Shown here: one piece after another, positions 12,131 to 21,662 of the stretch | How positions within the stretch are numbered: the stretch's first letter is position 1 | Layout of the letters: the number at the start of each line of letters is the position of its first letter | Source of the DNA: Squalus acanthias | Lineage: Eukaryota | Length of the DNA: 64,000 bases | Direction: 5' to 3' | Assembly (NCBI GenBank): GCA_030390025.1 | Contig: CM059432.1 | Span: 34,536,001 to 34,600,000 of the forward strand | Notes under the pieces: model-generated | Database searches by the model: none | What the model was told of the DNA's origin: nothing | Seen by the model: only the letters and a program-made list of their open reading frames with translations | Translations under genes and position numbers: made by a program

Positions 12131-13019
12131 AGACTTGTTCCTGCAGAACTGAGCAGTCCTGGCCTTGTTACGGTGACAGAATGATGCAACGGGGAGGTTC
12201 AGCTGTGCCGGCAGTCTAATTTTAATGATCTTGCTGTCATTTGAGGCCAGTCTAACCTAGTTAAAAAGCGAGTGTAATCATTCTGCCTACTTTTCCTTCC
12301 TGAGGACTGGGGCGGTTGAGATATGACTGTGAGACATTAGTACTGAACAGGTCAATATGTCTGCATGAATTTCATTTGTTCTCCTATTTTAATGAGGACA
12401 TTAAGCTGCTATTTGAATTAGTGGACATAAAAAGCTCATACAAATGTTTTAATGTGTTCACGACTAAAACACCCAGCTGAATTTCAATCCACGTTGCCCT
12501 ATATTGCAAGGGCAAGCTTTTTTATATATAAAGGTAAATGGCTAGCAATTGCAGAGATTTTTTTTTCTGGGAATTTTCTTCCCATCTCTCCTACTGAGAT
12601 ACTGGCCCCACAGGCACCTCACCCAAGTCACCATTCTTTGTGTGTGTGCTTGACTTGTCATAGTCGGTTCGAGGGGAGAAAGAATTGAAGGGAAACAAAA
12701 TCTTGTGAAAAAGAGATAGGTCCTGTTAGGGCAGTGTGAAGGAATCGATTCTGGGCTGCAGTTGTCCAACGTGCTCCACAACCTATCACATTGCTGAGGG
12801 ACAACCATGCCCTGGCAGCCATCTTGTGAGCCTTCTAGTGGCTGGTTTCATTGGAGAAGGATCAGGAGCATGACAAACCCCCCCAACCCCACCCTGCCCC
12901 TCTGCTGTGGGATGGTGAGTGCCAGAGTGAGATGCAAATTGGGAAAAGGAAGAGCAATGGGAAACCAAAAATGTGAGTTACTGCCACAGTGCTGGTCTAG
13001 CTGTACATGGTCACAGCTG

Positions 13020-13842
13020 CTGTACTCTTTCTGTGTGTATATCTGCCTCTTTGCCTCATTGTCTGTATCTCTGTATTTCTCCCTCTATCTCTACGCTTGT
13101 GTCTCTATTTCTGTCTTGGTGTCCTATCTCAAACTATTTCTGTTTCTCTCTGCATCTGTATCTGTATCTGTATGTCTATGTCTCACTCTGTATCTCTCAG
13201 TCTCACTATCTTTGTCTCTGTCTCTGAGTCTGTCTCTCCCTCTCCATCTTACTGTTTAAATCTTTCTGTCTGTCTCTTTCAGTTATGGTCTTTCTGCATT
13301 GATTTATCTATGCCTGCCTCGCTGTATCTCTCTCTGTCTCATTCTCTACCCCCTGTCTCTGCCTCTGTCTTTCTGTCTCTATTTTTCTCTGTATTTCAAT
13401 CTCTCAATCTCTTTATATTTACCTCTATGTGTCTCTGCATCTCTGTGTGTGTCTGATTCACTATCTTGCTTGCTCTCTCTCCTGTCTCTGTATCTGTCTC
13501 ATGCTTTATCTCTGTCTCACTATCTGTTTATCTCTAATTGTTTTATCTCTATTTCCATCACACTATCTCTACCTCTATTTCTCTCTATCTCTAAATTTGT
13601 GCCCCTGTGTCTTTTTCTCTCCATCTTTGTCTGTGTCCCTTTCCCTCTGTCTCAGTTTATATGTCTCTTTCCCTCTATATCTGTCTCTTTTTCTCCCTGT
13701 TTCTGTATCTGTCTCTGTGTCTATCTGTTTCTATTTCTATCATTTTCTCTATTTCTCTCTCTGTACTGTCTCTGTCTCACTTTCTCTATCTGTATCTCTG
13801 TCTCTTTATTCTGTGTATCTCTGGCTCTCTCTCTCTCTCTCT
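13020..13842. repeat. CT/TCTG-rich low-complexity tract
   Basis: Degenerate (TC)n/(TCTG)n that generates spurious Leu/Ser/Cys ORFs. Confidence 0.9.
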
Positions 13843-15044
13843 GGAGAATGGAACTTCTTAATTATCTCACATTATTTTGAGGACACAGGTTCATTTTTAA
13901 CACACTTTAACACGTGATGCCAGTTGCCCAGAGGAAATGGTCCATTATAGTCACAATGAAAGGACAAACAAAAGGAATAAACAGAAGTCGCAAGATGATT
14001 AAATAAAAAACTATGTTGTCTGCTGATGACTGGGGCTATATTTGGAACAGAGTGGTTTGGAGGGCATTACTCATTCAATCATTAATGAAGAACAGTTTGG
14101 AACACAAGGGTTTTAGGAATAGGAAAGAGCCAGTAAACACGTTTCATTTTTCAGAGATCAACACCACCAGCCCGCTTCTCACCATATCCCTCAATCACTT
14201 CTCTCTCACGAAATGCGTTCAGTTGAACCTTGAACCCATTTATACCATCAGGCTTCAAAGATAACCCACTGCACACCTCTAGCACCCTATGGGATAGAAA
14301 TGCACGGGCATTAAACGGGTGCAACGAGAGCCAATTTTGGGAACCAACAAAGTATGCCTGAAATTTGCCTGACCCAATAAGAGGCAGGTCGTTTTTCAGG
14401 CCTGGTGGCTGTGTCAACCAACCAACAAACCTCTTACATATGTAAATGAGGGGCCTATCACTTATTTTAGGTCCCCTTGCTGAAATCGTTGCTGTGGAGC
14501 CAGGAGGAGCAGGAATCCCCTGACTCCAGTTTCCCAATTGTCCCCCCGCCCATTGCTGCTCCATCACCCCTTGCAGGATTTAACTCCTTCATCTCACAAA
14601 CCTCTATTTTGTTAGCTAAACTTGTTAGCTTTAGCTATTTATTTTTAGTGGGTTTAAACAGCTGCACTCTGCAGCTCTGTGGGTCTAAAGTGAGACATAA
14701 ACCAGACACAACAGCCATTGAGCGGATAAAAGCCTTCCAGAGTATAGTGTATGCATTTGGGGGAGAGTGGGTACTGGATGTGAATTAGGAACTTTGGCTG
14801 ATTCTTCCCCTACCTCGTCCAGATAGACCAAGACCAACTGAAACCCTGCTGCCACCACTCCAAGTGAGGTAACTCAGCACAGGCTGGGAATCGAAGCTGG
14901 CACCATCCTTGGCTGTGACTCAGTCACACCAGGCAGTGCAATTACCAACTGAACCATTAGGAAGTTTCTGTCCCAGGTTTTAAAATCACTCCCATTCCAA
15001 AGAATTCCCATGTAGCAAGTCCCTTCCTATTAATTCCCATTGTA

Positions 15045-15630
15045 CAGGGGGTGCAGTGCAGATTCACCAGAATGATTTCGAGGGTTAAATTATGAGGACA
15101 GGTTTCATAAACGTGGCTTGTATTCCCTTGAGTTTAGAAGATTGAGAGGTGATCTGATCGAGATGTTTAAATTTATTAAGGGATTCAATAGCATGGATAC
15201 AGAGAAACTATTTCCTCTGGTGGGGGAATCCAGAACAAAGAGATATATCTTCAAATTAGAGCTAGGCCATTCAGGAGTGAAATCAGGAAGCACTTTTTCC
15301 ACACAAAGGGTTGTGGAAATCTAGAATTCTCTCCCCCAAAAGGCTGTGGATGCTGGGTCAATTGGAGCTTCCAAGACTGAAATCGATACATTTTTGTTGG
15401 GTAAGGGTATCAAGGGATATGGAACAAAGACGGGTAGGTGGAGTTGAGGTACAGATCAGCCATGATCTAGAAAGAAAGAAAGACTTGCATTTATATAGCG
15501 CCTTTCATGACCACCGGACGTCTCAAAGCGCTTTACAGCCAATTAAGTACTTTTTGAAGTGGAGTTGCTGTTGTAATGTGGGAAATAACTTAATGGTGGA
15601 ACAGGCTCGAGGGGCTGAATGGCCTACTAT
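15045..15630 (+). mobile_element. CR1 3' fragment containing an antisense SINE tail (about 15468-15590)
   Basis: ORF 15118-15324 (YSLEFRRLRGDLIE). The inserted segment starts AGAAAGACTTGCATTTATATAGCGCC. Confidence 0.8.
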
Positions 15631-15914
15631 GCCTATACTTCAAACCGCTTCTCATTCGCTCCCATTGCATAGAATTCCCATGGCCCAACTCCTTCGCATT
15701 CACTCCCATTGCATAGAATTCCCATGAATACAATCAATTCACTGCTTAATTGCACCTACAAACCTTCAAGCTCAGAAGTTTTTGAATATCGGGAACTGAC
15801 TGCTTGGGGAGGCAGTGCCACCGAACAGTGCTGGCAAATTCAGGAGGAAACTAGATAGATATTTGGCAGAGAAAGTGACTGAGGGATATGAGGGTGTAGT
15901 GTATGGGACTCTTT

Positions 15915-16809
15915 GGGGGGAAAATTCAGTTGGTTTGCGCCTCCCGTTAGCGCCTTAAGAGGGCGTTAATGGGGCGCAAAGCAACTAGCGTCCAGGCGGG
16001 GCGATATCTGCACCTCTCGCGAAATTGACCAGACATTTTGCGGTGGCGCTAAACACTACCGCCACGATCTCCTGTGCTGGTAGATCGTGACGTCAGTCGA
16101 GTGCGCAACGCCCCGGTAGCACCCCAGAGCGTATATTGAGTGGCGCCCCCTGCCTTACCGCCTGCCGCTAGCAACGACAGGTTGAGGGGAGCGTTTTGCA
16201 GTCAGGAAGGGACTGGGGGAGCGCTATTTAAAGGTGAACGCTTCCTGCCTTTTTTTGTTGGTGACATTTTTGCACCACGCATTCTGAGAGAGAGAGAGAG
16301 AGAGACTTCTGGAGAGATTCAACGCTGTGTGAAGGAGTTTTGGGTACTGAGCAACACTTTGCAGGTTCATTTTGATTTGCCCTTCCTTGCATCTATTTAG
16401 AAGAGACTGTGGGGGCTGCACTCTGAGCTCTTTCCCTGGTTCTCTCCATTGTTCTTTCCAGCAGATTTGATGTACAGGTCTCTCCAGGCCGAGATTCAAG
16501 GCTGCAATGAGCAGGATGTGGATGGAGAGCAAGATCAACCCTCCCCTTTAAGAATTGGCCGGCGCCATTGTGTCTCTGTTCCATTGCTGACTGACATCAC
16601 ATGAGCTTCGCCAGCGCTCTGAGGTAGCGCCTCGCTCCTTGGCCTTTGCGCCTTAAGACAGGTGTGAAGCGACTGATTTAGCGCTCCAATCACCTCCAGG
16701 GGCGATAAAAGCCAAGTTTACAGTTGGAGGCGATAATTAGCACCAGGCGCTAATCTTTGCGCCTGGCCGATAATTGCGCCCAAATGGGGCGATACTGAAT
16801 TTTTCCCCC
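15915..16809. mobile_element. Non-autonomous DNA transposon (PIF/Harbinger-like MITE)
   Basis: 16-bp TIRs GGGGGGAAAATTCAGT / ACTGAATTTTTCCCCC (1 mismatch), TTT on both flanks (3-bp TSD), GCGCC-rich subterminal motifs. Confidence 0.7.
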
Positions 16810-16984
16810 TTTGAACTTTGCAACTGGCCAGATATCATCCTTTGCTTTTATGGTCCTAATATTCTGGTATGTCTACCCTATCATCTATTCTAGTCCACCC
16901 ATTTAATCCCTTGAGAGAAGGTTCTGCATAAATATTCCTTGTTATCTAAAGATAATCAAGCCAAACTCCAGAATGCTGCCATTC

Positions 16985-17365
16985 TCATTGAAACATATAA
17001 GATTCTAAGAGGGCTTGACAGCATAGATGCTGAGAAGCTGTTTCCCCTGTCTGGAGAGCCTAGAACTAGGGGGCATAGTCTCAGGATAAGAGGTCGGCCA
17101 TTTAGGACTGAGATGAGGAGAAATTTCTTCATTCAGATGGTTGTGAATCTTTGGAATTCTCTACCCAGAAGGCTGTGAATGCCCAGTTGTTGAGTATATT
17201 CAAAGCTAAGATCGCTAGACTTTTGGAAAGGGAATCAAGGGATATGGGGATCGGGCAGGGAAGTGGAGTTGAGGTCGAAGATCAGCCATGATATTACTGA
17301 ATTGCATAGCAGGCTTGAGGGGGCGTATGGCCTACACCCGCTCCTATTTCTTATGTTTTTATGCT
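16985..17365 (+). mobile_element. CR1 3' fragment
   Basis: LIETYKILRGLD..FRTEMRRNFF followed by the CR1 tail. Confidence 0.85.
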
Positions 17366-18444
17366 CTTATCTCTACTCCAACAACTTGTGCTCTTTCCAG
17401 TGTCAGTATCATCACCCTATTCAAATACAATCCCTATCATGGACTCAACCCCACCATTTCATCTTAAAAATTCTTCAAAATTTCTCCTAGCATCCTCCAA
17501 CATTAGGCAGTGCTGCGGAAAATCAATCTAGCCTTACATCTTATCAAACGAAGTCCAGTTGCCTTCCGCGGCCTAGTCCCAGCAAAACTCGGGATCCATC
17601 ATGACACACACAGCATGTGATTTTCTCTATAGCACAATCATGATTCAGTCATTGAAATTAATGGCGAATGATTTTAATTCCCCCCTCAATCCTCTCCCAA
17701 ATTTACCTGAGTGTTCTGACTCAGGCAGGAGTATGGTTTCACAACTGGCGGGCACCCTCCCGTACCTCATTCAAATGTTCATTCTTTGTGTGTGAGTCTA
17801 GACTTCAGTTCTACACATAAGCATTCTCCAGCAGGGCTCAACAGGTAATAAGCACGCTGATTTGTCTCCTTTCCTTAGCCCAGGGGCACTGTGCCCAATT
17901 GTAACCCTGTTACCTCCAGCCTTGTTGAATCTAGCAGACGAAGACGGAGTAGAAGGGTTGAGGACGAACCAGGGCCCTGCCCCATCTACCTGGATCAGTT
18001 CCACACATTTCAATGCATGTACCATCTCAGCCATTGGGAGACGCAGGATGCAGCTCCATCGGGCAACTTTAAAACCTATTAAAATCACGACCTTTAGATT
18101 TTCTTTCTTTAAGTCATATTTGATTTGTAAGGCAAGTTCAGATTAGGTAGCAGCAGAAGGTGGTATTCATAGAAGATGTAACTTGTTTGTGAGTCATTTG
18201 TCATTTCGGATATGGAAATTCCCTGGAATTGATTGCAGTGCAATTCTATGGCTTGGACCTCTCTTATGTGGAGTTACAGAGCACTGAATATATTTCTGTT
18301 ATTTAATTTTGTGTCATTTGTATGGTTCAGACATAGACTCATCTCAGAGTCAGTTCCAGAAGCAATTACTCTAAAAAAAAAAATTCTTTCAATCATCTTT
18401 TTTCACAATGCTAATGTAAATTTCTATTCCTGTCCGACTCATTG

Positions 18445-18847
18445 AAAGAAAAAGGAAGCTTTGCATTTATGTAGCATCTTTCATGACATCTGAAAGCGGT
18501 TCACAGCCACTTTTGAAGTGTCGTCACTGTTGTAATGTAGGAAACGCTGCAGCCAATTTTCACACAGCAAGGTCTCACAAACAGCAATGAGATAATGACC
18601 AGAAAATCTGTTTTAGTACTGGTGTTTGAAGGATAAATATTGGCCAGGACATCGGGATAATTCCTCTGTTCTGTGAGGGTAGATGATTTATTGTCTCATC
18701 CGAAAGACAGCATATCTGACAGTGCAGCACTCCCTCAGTACTGGAGTGTCAGTCTAGATTTTGTGCTCAAGTCTCTGGAATGGGACTTGAACCCACAACC
18801 TTCTGACGCAGAGGCAAGAGTACTACCACTGAGCCAAGGCTGACACA
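18445..18847 (-). mobile_element. Deu-domain tRNA SINE (SacSINE1-like)
   Basis: Minus-strand head TGGCTCAGTGG..GGGTTCAAGTCCC, Deu core, L2 tail. Confidence 0.8.
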
Positions 18848-20138
18848 TCAGCATGATAACGTATTTTAAAATTGGCAGTTAGTCCCACTCCCCTGCTCTT
18901 TCCTCATAGCCCTGTAATTTCTTCCCTTCAAGTGATTAACCAATTCCCTTTTGAATGTTACTATTGAATCTGCTTCCACCACCCTTTCAGGTCGTGCATT
19001 CCAGATCACAACAACTCGCTGTGTAAAAAAATGTTTCCTCATGTCACCTCTATTTTTTTGCCAATTACTTTAAATCTATGTCCTCTGTTTACTGACCCAT
19101 CTGCCATTGGAAACAATTTCCTTTATTTACTCTATCAAAACCGTTCAGGATTTTGAACACCTCTATCAAATCTTCTCTTAACTTTCTCTGCTCTAACGAG
19201 AACAACCCTAGCTTCTCCAGTCTCTCCACATAACTGAAGTCCCTCATCCCTAATACCATTCCTGTAAATCTCTTCTGCACCCTCTCGAAGGCCTTGACAT
19301 TCTTCCCAAAGTGTGGTGCCCAGAATTGGCCACAATACTCCAGCTGAGACCTAACAGCGTTTTATAAAGGTTTAGCATAACTTCCTTACTTTTGTACTCT
19401 ATTCCTCTATTAATAAAGCCAAGTATCCGATGTGCTTTTTTAACAGCCTTTGCAACTTGTCCTGCCACCTTCAAAGATTTGTTTACATATACTCCAGCTC
19501 TCTCTGTTCCTGCATCCCCTTTAAGATTGTACCATTTAGCTCATATTGCCTTTCCTCATTCTTCCCACATAAATGTATCACTTCACACTCCTTGGTGTGA
19601 AATGTCATCAGCCATGTGTCTGCCCATTTCACTAGTCTGTCTATGACCTCCTGAAGTCTGTTACTATCCTCCTCATTGTTGACTACATTTCCGAGTTTCG
19701 TGTCATCTGCAAATTGAAATTATGTCCTCTATATCCAAGTCCAGGTCATTAACGTTTATATAAAAGAAAAGAGCAGTGATCCTAATTCTGACCCCTGGGT
19801 GACACCACTCTATACCTCCCTCCAGTCTGAAAAACAACCGTTCACCACTACTCTCTGCTTTCTGTCCCTTAGTCAATTTTGTATCCATGCTGCCACTGTC
19901 CCTTTAATCCCATGGGCTTTAATTTTGCTAACTAGTCTATTATGTTATCAAACGCCTTTTGAAAGTCCATAAACATAACATCAATTGCATTAACCTCATC
20001 AACCCTCTTCATTACTTCATCAAAGAACTTGATCAAGTTAGTGCTGACTTTCATTTATTAGCCCATACTTTCCAAAATGCCAATTATATTTGTCCCGGAT
20101 TATTGACTCTATAAGTTTCCCCACCACCAACGTTAGGT

Positions 20139-20463
20139 TGACTGGCCTGTAGTTGCCAGGGTCCCCTCTCCCCCTGACTGACCTGTAGTTGCCAGGGTCC
20201 CCTCTCCCCCTGACTGACCTGTAGTTGCCAGGGTCCCCTCTCCCCCTGACTGACCTGTAGTTGCCAGGGTCCCCTCTCCCCCTGACTGACCTGTAGTTGC
20301 CAGGGTCCCCTCTCCCCCTGACTGACCTGTAGTTGCCAGGGTCCCCTCTCCCCCTGACTGACCTGTAGTTGCCAGGGTCCCCTCTCCTTGTGACTGGCCT
20401 GTAGTTGCCAGGGTCCCCTCTCCCTCTGACTGGCCTGTAGTTGCCGGGGTTCCCCTCTCCCCT
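20139..20463. repeat. 36-bp minisatellite, 9 copies, derived from CR1 ORF2
   Basis: Unit CTGACTGACCTGTAGTTGCCAGGGTCCCCTCTCCCC; visible as 12-aa repeats in ORFs 20084-20533 and 20133-20495. Confidence 0.95.
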
Positions 20464-20479
20464 TTTTTAAACAGGGGTG

Positions 20480-20725
20480 TGTGGCGGATCGCCACCTAAA
20501 ACGGGCATAATCCACTCTTCCGTCTGTGGACAAATTTCCAGCCCCTTCCCTTTAAGGCAGAAGGGGGCGGGGCCTCAGGTTTTACCCAGAGAATTCTGGG
20601 AGTTTACCCAGAGAATTCTGGGAGCAGCTTGCTCAGACATTTTGTTTTGCCATGCAGTGAATAAAAGCTTCTTGTTTTCCACATATGGATTCAGCCTCCA
20701 TTCGTGTTTCGCGGCAGCCTCAACA
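20480..20725 (+). repeat. 5' LTR
   Basis: TGTGG...CAACA; GC box GGGGCGGGGC, internal 22-bp duplication, AATAAA. Confidence 0.95.
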
Positions 20726-20726
20726 T

Positions 20727-20740
20727 TGGTGACCCCGACG
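20727..20740 (+). promoter_or_regulatory. Primer binding site, tRNA-Trp
   Basis: TGGTGACCCCGACG is complementary to the 3' end of tRNA-Trp and starts 1 nt after the LTR. Confidence 0.9.
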
Positions 20741-20765
20741 CTCAGAACGTATTCCAAGCACTGCA

Positions 20766-21662
20766 ATGGTGGACACGAACGCAGTTTCCGTGAAACTGCC
20801 GGAGTTTTGGGAAAACCAGCCCGAAGCCTGGTTTCTCCAAGCTGAATCTTGCTTCCGGCTGCGAAATATCACCACAGATGGGACGAAGTATGACTATCTC
20901 GTCACATCACTCAGTAGCGTCGCAGTTTCCAAGGTTTGGACAACGCTGCAGAACCCACCAGAGGAAGGCAAGTACGCACATCTCAGAACAGCGCTCCTTA
21001 AAAAATTTACGGCCTCGGCATATCAGCGAAACTGCCACCTCCTCGACCTTCCAGGCCTCGGTGATGCCTCACCGTCAGACCTCCTCTCCCACATGCTCTC
21101 CCTCACCGACGAGAGCCCACCCGGATCCCTCTTCTGCACGCTGTTCATCCGCCAGCTCCCTCTCAGCATCCGCCCAGCGATCGTGGCGTCCGGCCTCACG
21201 AACCTGGAAGCCCTGGCCGATGAGGCCGACAAGCTGCTGTCCGCTCACTCCAGCCGCAACGTCACTCCGGACCTGGCAGCCAATGCCTGGGCGTGTCCCT
21301 CACCATCCAGCCCGCGGCCACAATGGCCTGTCACCAGGCCCACGGGGCCTTCACGCCCCACTAACCCGGGCCACTGTTACTACCACGCACGGTTCGGCGC
21401 CAGGGCACAACGGTGCACACCTCCTTGCTCTTTCAAGTCCGCCCCGTTCCAGCCCCCGCGATGGCCATGGGCCACGCGGGCTCCCTGCTGTTCGTCACGG
21501 ATGACAAAACCGGCCGCCGGTTCCTGTGCGACACTGGGGCTCAGCACAGCATCATCCCGGCCGCCGGTTCCTGTGCAACACTGGGGCTCAGCACAGCATC
21601 ATCCCGGCCTCCTCCCTCGACATCCAAAAGGGCGCACGAGGACCGGCGCTGACTGCTGCTAA
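20766..21662 (+). CDS. gag: Gag-like protein of the Gypsy element (C-terminal part past the zinc knuckle likely out of frame)
   Basis: NAVSVKLPEFW..PEAWFLQAE..F N-terminal domain; CYYH..FG..A..C..PC (CHCC) knuckle. Confidence 0.9.
   Translation: MVDTNAVSVKLPEFWENQPEAWFLQAESCFRLRNITTDGTKYDYLVTSLSSVAVSKVWTTLQNPPEEGKYAHLRTALLKKFTASAYQRNCHLLDLPGLGDASPSDLLSHMLSLTDESPPGSLFCTLFIRQLPLSIRPAIVASGLTNLEALADEADKLLSAHSSRNVTPDLAANAWACPSPSSPRPQWPVTRPTGPSRPTNPGHCYYHARFGARAQRCTPPCSFKSAPFQPPRWPWATRAPCCSSRMTKPAAGSCATLGLSTASSRPPVPVQHWGSAQHHPGLLPRHPKGRTRTGADCC

Noticed and set aside
12807..13917. Several 80-190 aa Leu/Ser/Cys-rich ORFs
   Set aside because: Translations of CT-rich low-complexity DNA.
20084..20533. 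Repeat-protein ORFs or CRISPR-like 36-bp repeats
   Set aside because: Head-to-tail minisatellite with no spacers, derived from CR1; ORFs stay open only because 36 is a multiple of 3.
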